Positions 52,201 through 63,200 of a stretch of DNA of 64,000 nt are shown piece after piece. The first letter of the stretch is position 1, and each line of letters starts with the position of its first letter. Source of the stretch: Tubulanus polymorphus. Taxonomy: Eukaryota; Animalia; Nemertea. The notes beneath the pieces are model-generated. The model was not told where the DNA came from and did no database searches. It saw nothing but the letters and a program-made list of their open reading frames with translations. The position numbers were made by a program, and so were the translations under genes. The DNA lies in NCBI RefSeq assembly GCF_964204645.1, contig NC_134030.1:7420778-7484777 (forward strand). The letters run 5' to 3'.

Positions 52201-52405
52201 AATCGAAAAAATTCATGATAAACCCTCGCTTTTACATGTACAGATTGCATCTAGATATCTTCATTTAAGATTTTGCGATTTTTTTTCTACGCGTTTTTCA
52301 GGAAGGCGACATCCTGAAGTGAATGGGAACTACTATCGTCCTCCAGCTGCAGTAGCGCCGTCTATGAAGCTGAAAGTAGACTCGATGGCCGGAGTACTCG
52401 TGTAA
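28103..52405 (+). CDS. NPHS1: Nephrin / Sticks-and-stones / Hibris / SYG-2-like Ig-superfamily adhesion receptor (whole spliced CDS, 21 exons, ~1307 aa)
   Basis: Manual joining of GT-AG exons keeps one open frame from ATG 28103 to TAA 52403-52405 (3924 nt with the short TM-exon donor). Architecture: signal peptide, 9 Ig, 1 FN3, TM, Tyr/Pro-rich tail. Ig1 has the family motif VQWAKDGFVLGYNPSVPGYPQY...DDAVFSCQVSP. The C-terminus AGVLV* resembles nephrin GHLV*. The symbol denotes the orthology group, by recognition only. Confidence 0.9.
28711..29008. mobile_element. MITE family C (CAGTGTTCTCCA TIR, hAT-like termini)
   Basis: cagtgttctcca ... tgcagaacactg; internal sequence shared with 51951-52119. 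No clear TSD. Confidence 0.7.
29985..30242. mobile_element. MITE family E second copy
   Basis: aggcgttcgcactagtgaaaagtcagttctaaa ... ggtccattcgaaattggt..ccaggt..gggccaaatta ... tagtgtgaacactt. Confidence 0.65.
34435..34504. repeat. polypyrimidine (CCCTCT)n tract
   Basis: About 70 bp of almost only C/T. Confidence 0.9.
35261..35432. mobile_element. MITE family A partial copy
   Basis: ggttctggaagtgattcactttgctttgttacagcattgtttggtatc...ctctaattaggcagggaccaaatttgac shared with the 16124 and 22830 copies. Confidence 0.65.
36186..36419. mobile_element. MITE family A diverged copy, opposite orientation
   Basis: tttttggtcgggccaaatttggccc is the reverse complement of the family core; ends tgtgtgattgcg. 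Confidence 0.6.
37299..37475. mobile_element. Penelope-like element remnant (inverted pseudo-LTR ends) with a hammerhead core
   Basis: Inverted repeats 37299-37332 vs 37443-37475 and 37339-37349 vs 37400-37410, around a - strand CTGACGA...GAAACGTT motif. Confidence 0.65.
37344..37398 (-). ncRNA. minimal type I hammerhead ribozyme motif
   Basis: The - strand reads UAUUC CUGACGA UUACUAGUA-loop-UAUUAGUC GAAA CGUU GAAUA: 5-bp stem I, 7-bp stem II, palindromic AACGUU stem III, GUU cleavage triplet. The first stem II pair is a U-C mismatch. Confidence 0.6.
40160..40219. repeat. (GA)n microsatellite
   Basis: Nearly pure GA run ending ~60 bp upstream of the Ig1 exon acceptor. Confidence 0.95.
40281..40415 (+). 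CDS. NPHS1: nephrin-like exon, Ig1 N-half
   Basis: tgttttacag| then VFGQLQRFRKKPVDQQVREGSSTVLRCDIENRAGNVQWAKDGFVLG, |gtatg. This frame is not in the ORF track. Confidence 0.9.
   Translation, partial: FLVNYRGSERNRSTNKCEKAAARCCGVILKIALETYNGLRMDSS
40884..41168. mobile_element. MITE family A-related diverged copy
   Basis: cattcacac start, gggccaaatattggc, ctctaattgagcatgggc, ggtccgggccagtttgacctg. Confidence 0.55.
41216..41395 (+). CDS. NPHS1: nephrin-like exon, Ig1 C-half
   Basis: ttcag| YNPSVPGYPQYRYIGDFSSGEYNLEITNIGISDDAVFSCQVSPGEGNPPLMALAQLSVL |gtttgt; 180 nt. Confidence 0.9.
41947..42197. mobile_element. MITE family D diverged copy, opposite orientation
   Basis: cctttcagtgtgtctacaccgcagcgc..tgtattaat is the near reverse complement of the 20572-20883 right end. 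A further end fragment lies at ~15551-15587. Confidence 0.6.
42329..42652 (+). CDS. NPHS1: nephrin-like exon, Ig2
   Basis: VPPSPPVISG...LVCEAKNGKPAAEIVWVRNG...DNGVTYACRAINAAL...VTLSVL; ag|...|gtgagt. Confidence 0.92.
43073..43363 (+). CDS. NPHS1: nephrin-like exon, Ig3
   Basis: VPGPPVITGYEEG...LLCTSKGGNPLGTVIWYRNG...DNDAIYTCEVKN...VKLTVQ; ag|...|gtaagt. Confidence 0.92.
43598..43897 (+). CDS. NPHS1: nephrin-like exon, Ig4
   Basis: FAPAITQITG...LKCDSAISNPASVITW...YTCQATNHALG...VTLSVL; cag|...|gtaagt. Confidence 0.92.
44143..44265 (+). CDS. NPHS1: nephrin-like exon, Ig5 N-half
   Basis: YPPQPPVISGYTGQPIIAGHIHQMTCVSVGGNPIAELTWWKG; acag|...|gtgcgt. Confidence 0.9.
44406..44573 (+). CDS. NPHS1: nephrin-like exon, Ig5 C-half
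   Basis: NEPMQSVRNKVDGNVPSSVLRIIAQESDNEAEYRCNASNKATTDPLSTTIKLKVR; ccag|...|gtaagt. Confidence 0.9.
44683..45000 (+). CDS. NPHS1: nephrin-like exon, Ig6
   Basis: FPPKNLSIKV...LQCDSASSNPPADITW...PGIHGG...DDNTIVSCQATN...LLIRVR; gcag|...|gtgagt. Confidence 0.92.
45394..45699 (+). CDS. NPHS1: nephrin-like exon, Ig7 (cysteine-less)
   Basis: YAPRWKDD...LNLTAHSNP...WYKDG...REDSGVYVLIAKNDEG...IDVQ; tag|...|gtaagt. Confidence 0.9.
46162..46443 (+). CDS. NPHS1: nephrin-like exon, Ig8
   Basis: YAARISTI...FECAVDANP...ISWSREG...ADSGEFLCTVTNGIG...LIVK; cag|...|gtaagt. Confidence 0.92.
46668..46786 (+). CDS. NPHS1: nephrin-like exon, Ig9 N-half
   Basis: YAPVVDKAQRFTKAAAARSHTGVIPCLANGAPNIDFIWKK; cag|...|gtaaga. 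Confidence 0.9.
46875..47055 (+). CDS. NPHS1: nephrin-like exon, Ig9 C-half
   Basis: GDEVLKTEGRYSILSDQMDKINYKSVLTIANITRADYGKYQCIAKNDLGEDKLVVMFDGT; tag|...|gtgagt. Confidence 0.9.
47143..47331 (+). CDS. NPHS1: nephrin-like exon, FN3 N-part
   Basis: SRPDPPMFLKVLNSTYNSLTIQWVPGFDGGLAQTFRVRY...; the W-x-PGFDGG motif is typical of the nephrin FN3. Confidence 0.92.
47582..47677 (+). CDS. NPHS1: nephrin-like exon, FN3 C-part
   Basis: DLKLGTEYSISMKAINNLGSSDYSTQVKSRTS; acag|...|gtaagt. Confidence 0.9.
47770..47928 (+). CDS. NPHS1: nephrin-like exon, transmembrane segment (alternative in-frame donor at 47976)
   Basis: ...EVPMLIILVICAVALVLLGLNVLLILYLV followed by the RRRNRR stop-transfer; donors AAG|gtagtg (47928) and AAG|gttagc (47976) are both phase 1. 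Confidence 0.85.
48998..49164 (+). CDS. NPHS1: nephrin-like cytoplasmic exon
   Basis: GPELDGDNHVNTLELYSSPAVNYISNTKPQDSKTYSSYDQSLDDFNDDLYKSYRE; gcag|...|gtgagt; phase-compatible with both neighbours. Confidence 0.8.
49254..49413 (+). CDS. NPHS1: nephrin-like cytoplasmic exon
   Basis: DETYPLNKSGPYSPVRSDVSSDSPNASLINKKSTKTYIDDNVVGNSNNGWSKE; acag|...|gtaagt. Confidence 0.8.
49729..49868 (+). CDS. NPHS1: nephrin-like cytoplasmic exon
   Basis: GNNYNNKTMSLPRQPGGYGKYSNDAYSETLRRNTFQQHLDNGRVPQK; tcag|...|gtatgt. Confidence 0.8.
50179..50296 (+). CDS. NPHS1: nephrin-like cytoplasmic exon (reads through to TGA at 50331 if the donor is skipped)
   Basis: TQPNGHSTTGRNGKTPPPPPVRSSSSSSQPNTLPRQPAS then G|gtacat. 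Confidence 0.75.
51773..51926. mobile_element. degenerate pogo/Tigger-like MITE
   Basis: cattcaaactcagttaa ... ttaagtgagtttgactg|TA imperfect TIRs. Confidence 0.45.
51951..52119. mobile_element. MITE family C shorter copy
   Basis: Perfect 12-bp TIR cagtgttctcca / tggagaacactg; shares ggttttagagg, attaagcttgatttt and gggggatcga.agccttgcta with 28711-29008. Confidence 0.75.
52302..52405 (+). CDS. NPHS1: nephrin-like terminal coding exon with PDZ-type end
   Basis: Long pyrimidine tract + cag| GRRHPEVNGNYYRPPAAVAPSMKLKVDSMAGVLV*; phase 1 matches the donor at 50296; the ending resembles nephrin GHLV. Confidence 0.8.
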
Positions 52406-55400
52406 ATCGAGCAACGAGTATAGAACATGGAAGACTAAGTTGTGAACGCTGGAATCAAAAACGATTTCCTCGATATAGAGATTATGTTCTACACTATGGC
52501 TTAAAGATGTGCAGACTTCTTACGCTTCGATATCGGGAGCGTTGTGATCCATATTTAAGAGATCTGCGATCTACTGAATTTCGAAATGATGAATCAAAAA
52601 TATTTGTCTCAATATACTGACCGTACACACTCCATCATGATGAGAAGCTTTTTGTAAGTGGACGAGTTTGGTTCGTGCTTCACTTGTTTCACTGGTACTA
52701 GTGGATTACCGCAAGGAGTTTGTTAGAAGCATGCGTGTTTGAAGGTCGTCAGCTGGACTGGCTTGTATAACTTCATATCCCGCGATCGATTGAATAAGTG
52801 CATTATTATCGGCCATTGATACTTAACGAAAGACTTTTGAGGGCAATGTGATTATGGGCAGACTTGTGATCGGCGATATCTAGTATTGATACAGACCAGG
52901 CACGGACAGTGAATACAAAAAATATATTAATAAAGGCGTGGACTTTTATTTTTTATGGAGCTACAGAAAGTATTTCAAAGTGATAGCATATATGTTTTGT
53001 ACGTACATGTTATATATGTACTTCATTTTTCTCATATTCCTGTTACATTTCTATACGATTCTGGCTACGAAAAATGGCATCGCATTTTATGAAGCAGCAT
53101 TCGAAAAAAAAAACAGCTGAAAAGTGCATTTTATATATAAATATATATATATATTCAACCATAGAAGTGTTTGTCTCGGCAATTCTCTGTGCACTCGTTG
53201 TAGGATAGCACTCGAACGAACATGAAAATTTCTTGCTGTCATTAACTTGAATAAAAATAATCATTTTTGTCCAGGGAGCGGGTGGGGGTGTGCAGGTTCT
53301 ATAGTGGTAATACACAAGAATAACTCATTCAATTCAGTCCTTCGTGATATTTATGGGTAAATTATTCGCCGCGGAGGAGCAGTGTACGGATGCGCACCAG
53401 GAGATTTTTGGTATGCTCACCTCCTGACCACTTCGGAGCTGCTTGGACAGCAGTGATAACTACCAGAGTTAGTAGAAGTGCCGCTGATGTTATCGGTACT
53501 TATACCCTTGGCATTTTTCTGTCTAGACTCAGAAACAGTTTTGGGACCTCTGGTGAGAAAGAGAAACATTTCAAGTTGTTTGATAATTTATTGACTTCGA
53601 TCCGATCAATTCTGAAAATACTGATACATGATAAATACATGGTTTTCATCTGAAGAATTAATTTTACAATCAGATTTTCATGAATCGGTAATCTATATTA
53701 TATATAATACCCATTATATATATATATATGATAATACATACTTATATATATTTGTATTCTGTGGTGCTTAAATGTAAATGAAAAATATATTGTATGTAAT
53801 AATAATTGATAGTGATTGTGTATAGTAATGATAATATCAATGTATGCAAAACCCTGAAAAAATAACATCCTCGGTTGGCAACGGTAGAGATGTAAAAACA
53901 GTTGAAGAATGTTGTAGATATGTTCGCCGATGTTTTTAGTAAGCATTTTCTGGACAGGGCATCTCTATTGATGAATAGCTCGAGTCCAGTCTTTCACATC
54001 AGTTCAAGCATTTTGAGACTTATGAGAAGGAACCTAAATTTGCTCTGGTTTTTGTTTGATGTAATTTCCAACGACAAGTTTTATTCATTGGCATATTCAA
54101 AATGATTTATGAATCAAATGAACGTATTTTATAAATAAAAGCTCTTTAATTTGAGATTCTAATGAGCCACCATTAATTTTTTATCCCTCAGGAAAGTACC
54201 AAGTTCTTGATTAAACAAAAACCAGTGTTGTTTTTTAGGTTCCTGCTCAAAAAAGGTGGTCGATCCTTGCTTTATGATAAGCTGGAATTTTGCTAGTAAA
54301 TTGACGGTTGATATTGTATTGTATGAAACAAGTCTTATGAGTGTTTGCAAAAGTTAAATTCTCGGCCCATTTGCTGCAGGGGCCACATCACTTTATACAT
54401 GGTTACTGGATTGGACCAAAAAGAACATTAACCGTATTGATTGCTAGCTATTTAACTAAATACTGTACAAGTTAAACAATTTTTAATGTGAATGAACGAG
54501 ATGCATGATATGGAAGACGCAAAAATATGATCTTTTTTTTATTTATTTCTTGTTCAAGTAATGAATGACTGACTCATCTAATGTCTGATTTTTTAGTGCC
54601 GGGTGGAAAAATCCTTTTCGAAATTTGAATTTGTTCGATGAATGGACCACTTAGTAGCGAGCAATGTCGGGTCCTGCCGATTTTTAATGATTAATAATTT
54701 CTCCACTCTGTTTTTTCTATTGAATCTCATTAACACACATGTGTTTATCATCAGCTATTTGTACTAATTTATATAGAGCTAATTTCTTTGTTATTGTTTT
54801 GCCAATTTATCTAATTTTTGAGCATCATATAATATTTTTTGCTCAATTGTTTATTGTCCCTGCTGCTATGTAAGTTGGATTTCTAAAAATGGAGTTCCAT
54901 TCCATTCATTACTATGATTGGGATGAAAATAAATCACTTCATTAGTTGCCTTAATGTCAATGTATAAGAGAGCACCTGTTAAAAGTCTAAAAATAATTGG
55001 CTTAGATAAACAGTTCTATGACTTAACCTTCAAGTTGCTAGGTTTGGATATTCTGTAAACATTTTCAAAGTGTAGATAAAAATCTCTGGGAGACAAAATC
55101 CATGAGACAGATGCTCAGATGTGACTTAAAAGGAGTTAAAATGAGTTCATTTTCAATCACTGCATACTCAAATGTTAGCTCAGAACTGCAGGTCCAGGGA
55201 GATTAGGGAGATCGATAGTAAGACTCCTGCTATTACATTTTAGTGTCATCCTTATTTGAATATAGCTTGATAATTTTCTCCACCTTTTTGTAAGCATAGA
55301 TAAAATCCCGTACGCAGAGTGTGTGAAAACTGCTGTTCAGTCCATATATTATTATATGAATGAATATTGAATGGGTGATGAATTTTGTACGATGATTAAC

Positions 55401-56379
55401 CCTATAATTACAGTGTAATAGGATTATGATTATAGCGACCAGATATTCTATACGATAAGCGAACTATCATTCGATATTTTCGGCCCAGTTGAACGAATTA
55501 AAGATCGTGGCCGTATCAATTCCAGGTTCTGGTGTGATGCATGTTGTTGTTCTATTTCAGTAATTATCAGTACCAAGTACCGATGAAACTAACCTTTGTA
55601 CGTATGAATTACTATTATTCAATTGTATAAATACTCCTAAAACTGCATTTTGTAAATAAAATGAATGACTTTGAATATAAAATGATAATGATTTTCTAAC
55701 TGAGATGAGTTATTCTGTTTTTTTTTTCTTTCCTGGTAGTCGTTCAGGTTTTGATATCGTCGTTCGTCCATTCATTTATTTTCCGCATCCACTTTCAGGT
55801 AATAATAGCGTTCTTGCGCTAGATAACCCATATTCAGAAACCACGGCGAATTCCCTTAATATAAAAGTCCTAGACAAGGTAATATTGTTAAACTAACCTT
55901 GTTAACAGACTGCAGTGCATGTGTGATGACTCTGGCATATTTTTTTAGTCCATTTTCAATCAAAAGGCGAGAGAAAAATGACTGCAAATTTTCAATTATC
56001 TGAGGGATGGGTCAAGCACTGACTGTACCCTTTTTTTCCACAACTGAGTTCAAGGCAAGGTGATATGGCAAGTTAACCTTACAATCAAAAGCTAACTGAT
56101 TTGCTAACAAATTTGACTGGCCACAGGTTAGAATTCCCCTTCTTCAAATATTTACCATTGTAGCATAGAACAGTCATGGCAGTCACTTGTATTAAAAATA
56201 TTGATAAAACAACATTTTCAATTGTTAAATCTTGGAAAAAGGTGAAGACTAGACTATCAAAGGATGGATGATGATAAAGCGCTGATGAGCTAGGTCCAGT
56301 ACCGACATTACTTATTCCTTCCTAATCGCTTGAATCAAAATTAACTTAATATTTAATCATTTAAAATGGCATTTGATAT

Positions 56380-56385
56380 TTTATT
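56380..56385 (-). terminator. candidate polyadenylation signal (AATAAA) of SRPRA
   Basis: TTTATT on + (AATAAA on -) about 740 nt after the stop codon, at the end of an AU-rich stretch. Confidence 0.4.
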
Positions 56386-57124
56386 ACATTCACCTCGACC
56401 AAAACATGAAAAAATATAATAATATTATAACATAAATAATGATAAATTGTATCGCATACAAATCGATAGCCTTAACCCCTCAGTACTCACCAAAATAATC
56501 AACATGAAACCCTATCATTATTAATGTAAATGCACATTTGGAAAAGTCTGCCATCGAAATTTTAATTTTGTTATAACTTGTCAAGCACCAGCATTCAAAT
56601 AATAATACTGTACATCATGTACATGTATTTGTACAGCTTCAATGTAGTATACAATGTAGAAGTACACACGAGAATAGACTTGATGCCTTACTCAAGTTGA
56701 AACCCCAGTTAACTGATCAAGATTTTGAAACCAAAAATACACATTTAAAAAGACACACTTAAATATATATTACTCTCATTAGCATCAACATTATTATCTC
56801 AAAACAAAATTAACAAATACCGCCGATATCCCATCCATATTTCACAGTCATATTGCATCACCTCGAATAATTTACTAACAATAATAATTTTAACAAAAAT
56901 GAATTTAATTTCATGATAAAAATTGCATAATAAAATCAATAAGGAGTATTAATTTTTCTTTTTAATGTTTCGGAATAAAGTTTAATCGGCCCGGGAGGAG
57001 GGGAAGGGACATCAGTCAAAATTGGTTTAGCGTTAAAGATTGTTTCAAGAGGCGGTTTCATCGTCCCCGATAAGATTGATTCCACGCATACTTCGGAACC
57101 AAGATTGGTCGCTGGATCTGGTTT

Positions 57125-57250
57125 TTATTTAAGCAACGCGTTCACGACGGCCTTCGCGTTCAAATTCTTCAGGTCGGTGTACGTCTGTCCGGTACCGACG
57201 AATACAATTGGCTGTCCGGTCGTATATGTCATCGAAATCGCCGCTCCAAC
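57125..57250 (-). CDS. SRPRA: SRPRA last coding exon (G5)
   Basis: [41 protein letters not shown]. Confidence 0.95.
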   Translation of the reverse strand, partial: VGAAISMTYTTGQPIVFVGTGQTYTDLKNLNAKAVVNALLK

Positions 57251-60200
57251 CTGAAATAATAGAATGCACCCATGTATAATCATCACTTTTATCATTCCTC
57301 AAACCGCCGAGCACTACCCGGGGCATTATTACAGCGGAACCTCATTGCAATGAACTTAAAGGGGACTAGAAAATCTATTATAGCCAATTGATCATATACA
57401 TGTATGAAATAATCAAAATTGTCCTATTTGGGGGAAAATCTAAGCCTGTGAACTGTGAATCTTTACAACGAGATTCCACTGTGCAACAGGTTTATTCACC
57501 AACTAGACCAGCACTGAATAAGGTGTCTACTGTACAACCAGCCTGATGGCAGCTATTAGTTTGCAGCCGAATTGTTGCTCTTATATGTATTCATTTACTA
57601 CAAGAACTTTTAGTCTTTTTCTGAACTTATAATGAGATATCTTACGTATTCATCTTACACGCAAATTCTCGACCTATAACCGTAAATTTTATGTAGCTCT
57701 TCCATGCCAGGGCAAGTACCGGTAACCGTAATCTACCGACAAAGAAGAATCATCCTGACTCACCTTATCGTCGATTGTATCGAACTTAGTGAGAACGATA
57801 CCGTCAATCAAGCGCGGATTTTCCATGTTCGAATGATCGGCGAGCGCTTGGTTGAATTTGACGAGTTGATCGACAGAATCATTGCCAACCAATGCTTCTC
57901 CGACAAACAGCACTAAATCGGGCAAATTTACTTTCATCAACTACAAACGTACAGAAAATGGAATCAGCGTCTATTGGTCAAATTACTGATTTCTCTACGA
58001 ACTAGACAAAAATTTCTAATGGCCTATTTCTCAAATTTGAAGGAGTTTTAATTGTTAAGTTTCAGAAATCTAGCTCAAATTAGAGGAGTTTCAAGCACCA
58101 TTTGGAGCATTTTCGGTTTTGGAGCTTTTAAGGAGTCATAGGGCCCCTGGTTTACCACAACGCGGGTTCACTCAATATTTTGGGTGGGTTAACTTTTTAA
58201 GATAAAAAAATCGTCACCTTTGCGAGGGCTCTCATCAGCGGTTCATTATCTTGCATACGTCCAGCTGTATCGATCAGAACAACATCCAAATGACAATCTC
58301 TCGCTAGAAATACAAACAGAAAAGCGTCTATTTATCATCAGTTCATCCAATTCATTGACCACACAGCAGACCTGACTACATTGGTGTCTCCCTTTGTAGT
58401 AGTCTTAACTACAAATTTAGCAGTAAGTTTAATTGAAAAGATGATAGTTAGGAAAGTAACTACTCTCAAATAGTAACCCTAGTCAGGTCTGCTATAGCAG
58501 TAGAGAAACACGATGTACCATGATTAATCGCTTCCATAGCAATTCCGGCCGCGTCCTTGCCGTATCCTTTTTCATACAGCTGAACCATTTTGACGCCGTT
58601 GAATTCCTCCGGTGGGTGCAGCGCGTTCAGTTTACGCGTGTGAGTACGCAGTTGTTCGACGGCACCGGCTCTGAATGTATCACACGCCGCGATCAACACG
58701 CGTAACCCGTTCTCCACTAACCAAAATGCGATCTAACAACGGAAACGAGAAATTAATCAACAGTCACCGGCATGACATTCACCTATCATAATCACGCTAC
58801 GGTTTTTTTCAATGAGGTCAAATTCGATGACTACCGTTTCATTTGGAAGCCTCGAAAAGAAGTCAAATAATCCCTAATTACTCCTAAGCCAAGTGATGTT
58901 CCATATTGTAATATACTATTACAGTCAACCCCTGATATATCGCCCACCCATTTACTGCCACCTTCGCCTACCGGCAAGTTTTTTTTAATGTATGCCTCAA
59001 TAAAAATACATAGTAAAACACCCCAAATATACCGCCACACTCTCTATACCGCCAAAATCGTTCTGCACAGATGTGGGCGGTATATCAGGGGTTGACTGTA
59101 TATTATAATAGTAGACTTCCATTGGTGTAAAGAAGAAAACCTTGATTTTCAGATCAATTCTCTGAAATTGTTATTTTTACTTGCGCCCTTCACTAAATCT
59201 ATATATAAAGGTTATGCAGGGTTAAACTATTGGAATTGTGAAAATAATTACTTTGATTATCTAACAACCTACTGTGCACTTTCAAATGATTTTACCTTGG
59301 CGAGATTTGTAGATTTTCCGACTCCATTAACGCCACAGAAAACGACGGTGAACGGACGTTTATTTTGTTTCGCGTCGAGGGCATCTCTCAAAATGTCAAT
59401 TCGTCGACGTGGAGCTAGAATCTGTACGCATGATTCTTCAACGGTCTGTTTCACAGTTGACGCGACGCCTGCAAATCAAACATACCGAGAATGCTAGGAC
59501 TATAGCGTGGTTCCAATTCGGGGTAGGGTGTCAATTGAAACCAGTGTAACTTATGCCAAATATCTAAAGCGCCTCGGACACATCTAGAGTATCTGGAAGA
59601 GCTCTCCAGAAAACTTTTGAAATCTAGAGATGCTCGGAGGTGCATTCTTAGGCATTTTGGCAGCCTTGCACCAAAATACAGGTACATTCTTCTAGCACCC
59701 AATACGTGGGAATAGCTAAATACAGACATATCATATGTCAATTTAAGTACACGTCATGCGAGTGGAACTTAACCACCATGGCGCCTGGTGGGTGAATATG
59801 CAATATGAGTGCAGTTCATACAGATACGGTAGTCCAGACTAAATAGCGCTATCATTTTGGGGGAGGGGTGGTTTAGAATATTTCTAAAATTGTACTTACT
59901 GCTGAATGTTCCTAACACTTTTCCCTGCAGTTTAGTCGACACCGATTGACACAATTTATCCGCGATGTTCGACGCGACGTTCTTACTGATCAAATGATCT
60001 TTCATTTTTTCAAGCGTCGTCGCGATATCTTGTTCGGTCAATTTTTTAGCGCCGACCAATCCCTTGAACATGTTGAAAACGCCGAAGCCACCTTTCTTCG
60101 ACTGCTGACTATTACTGAAATAAAGATTCGAATAGTAATGATACTTATGCGCTTGAATTCAAAACAGTTGCGGTGAGTTTCAACAGATAAGCTTATCGAA

Positions 60201-63200
60201 AACAAATTGACAATATAAACCGAACAGGCCCACTTTTAATTGTGAATATTCACTGTTAAGCCTATTTTTTAACTATTTTATAGTCTAGCCTCTAAACTGT
60301 GAAACTGAGCCAGGAGTTAGATCCGCAATAGATTAAAGTTTAACTTTGCAGACTGCTTAGAATTGAGAGCGTCCCACACATAAAATTCTACCAGAAAACC
60401 AAAAAGTATTATAAAGTATTAGAGATAAAGTATTATGAATTGATTTTCTGCTCTCACGTTTTGTTTCTGGGGATGACATGATCTTCTTCATCCTCTGATT
60501 CGTCATCATCATCATCATCATTTTCCTCTTCCGAACTTTCTGCCTCTAAATCTTTCAAGTTGCCTTTCATCTGTCCCTTCCATGCCAACTTAAACCCAGA
60601 AGAAAAGTTTCCATGATTAATATTGTTGGCTGCACCAAAAACAAAGTCCCTCCTAGAGAAAGGTATGGCCACCTAAATTGGTTTAGCATGAAAACCACAA
60701 CATGGCTTCTATGCTATCCTTTTGAAGACATTGTACCATTCTTAAATACAACTTATTCTAACTATCAATGAACTCAATTCTGTAGAAATATTCCCATTTA
60801 CAAATTCTGACTAAGCCGCTATGTCTACGTAACTACTGATTAGTTAGGACAAACTCTATCAATTTAAATGGGTTTCCAATGTTTTTCAAGGTAACTAGTT
60901 ATAACATACCACATATATATTGCTAACATACCACATCGCTGCTGAGTTCCACGTCTTCTTCATTGCCATTTTGTTGTTGTTCTCCGCTGAAATCCAAGGT
61001 CACCGCATCTTTACCCGTGCCGCCGTGCTCCCATTTTCGACTTTCTTTCACTCGGATTTTTTTCGTCGGCTCTTTCGAAGCACCGTTCTTGGGGCTGTCA
61101 GCGCATTATATGAAGAAAAGCCAGAATTTCAATATCTCAATATTTAGTAAAAGAACTCTCATTTTATACAGCTGTACAGGAACGGATCTAGGAGAATGGG
61201 AAGGCCGGGAACTAGAAGAAAAGGCATGTTTCGGATAAAGCAGCCAAGTCAAAGGCTCTTTTGGAGTTCCTTGTGGTTCAGCCCTCGGTTTGTTTTAGAT
61301 ATTTTGGAAGAAATACATTGCCCTGGATAGAAAAAATTCACAAAAACTTTCCTCACCTCTTCTTTTTCGAATGTTTATTCATGAACTCTAGACGTTTTCT
61401 AGCCATCGCTTCCTCGTCAGTTTCCATATTAGTTGTGTCCTTCAAAATTTTCATTTCCTCTTCCGCTATAGTCACTAGAATACGAAACAGTTGACAACTA
61501 GTTTAATTAGTGACTGATAAAGCCTTCTTATAATTATTTGGAGTATCAATTTTTCAGGAAACAAATTGATTGGAGAAATCTTATCATACATTTTGGAGAC
61601 GTTTGCAGATGATAAGCACACGTTTCGGTAGCCTAACAGGAAAATTCCCTTAGAAATATTCCTACCGTTTTTAGCCTGTTTATCTTTTTTCCCCTTCTTT
61701 TTATTGTTGGTCGGTTCATCTTTCTTGTTTTCGATCATAGATGCAACAGTTTTCTTAGACTTTTTCGACTGCTCGAATGTTTTCATTTCTCTAAAAACAA
61801 CCAAAACAATACGAAATAATAATAATAGAAGGCTCGATAACGAGTAAACAGAAGATAAAAAGAAGGAGGATAGTACTTTTCAATCGATACACATTGCGAG
61901 GGAATATCAAACATTCAGTGTCAAAAGCCCTGCAGCACTTAACAAAAAAATCAATATTTTTCACATTTCATGAAAGCGACAGGGAACATTCTAGAAGAGC
62001 CTCTCGGCAATCATTCACACAAGTAGCCAAAAATTGGCCTATTGAAGTATTCCAAAAACCCACTCGGTTATTGTAGAACATGGTGGAATGTTCCAAGAGC
62101 AGTGACTGATATTAAACAAACATTTATGAAATATATATGAAGCTAGATTGCAATTTTCCCGTTCAAAACATACTTTGAGCTTTAAAATTGAAATTATTTT
62201 TTCTTTCTATTCAAATAGTATGGTTTCATTTTCTGAAGCTGATAGATATTATGACTAGGCAAGTTTTGATAACAAAAATAACCTCTTAAAAAACTACGTA
62301 GCTACAGGTAGCAGTTTGAACTGAGTTTTTAACAAAATATTATTGATAGCTAGGCAACTATTGTAATTTCATGACAATTTTGTAACAAAAACTATTGTAA
62401 CAAAAAGATCCCCATGCATGAAGTCAAACTAAGGTTCCTCTCCGAAATCTGCTAACAGCCTTAATAAGAATTTAGACTCACTTTGGTTTTTTGGCTTGCA
62501 CCCGACTAGCTTCTTCACTCATACGTAAATATTCGTGAAAAACATCGCCGAAATCGTCAAAATTACGTGATATATTCTGCCGGTGAAGATCGTCCTTGTA
62601 TCTGTCTCTGAACTCCAACTGTATATCGTCGAGAAACTTATCGATATACGACAATTGTAAAATCTTTTGATACGCGACCTGTCAAAAAAAAGAAGAAAAA
62701 TTATTTTCAAAAATTTCTTTCCCTTTTTGAGAGCGTTTAGGGATCGTTCGATTAGTACATATGCAAAAAATATCCGAGTTTTTAAACATCTCCCTCCCTT
62801 GTATACAACACTACTTTTTAACCTACCCCCTGTATCTACGCATAATGATTTTCGAGAAAACATACTTGTTAATGGTAACTATCAATTTGTGCTGTAGTAT
62901 CTATCAAACCGAATGTGAAACATGCAATAGGATACAAACTGGACATGATCAGAATCCTCATTGCATTTTTCTAAATTCTGAGGATGCGGCCATCACGATA
63001 ATCGTTAGAACAATAACAAAGAGTTCTATTTGGTTAGGCTATAGGCTAGCACATCATAAAACAATATTATTATTCAATGCTGCCTCAAAAAGGTATATCA
63101 AATGGAGCGTAAGTACTATAGGCCTGTTTAGACCACCTCCCTCGCAATAAATATTTGCTTGCATTTTCACTGACCCCCGTCCTCAAACTCATGCGTAAGT

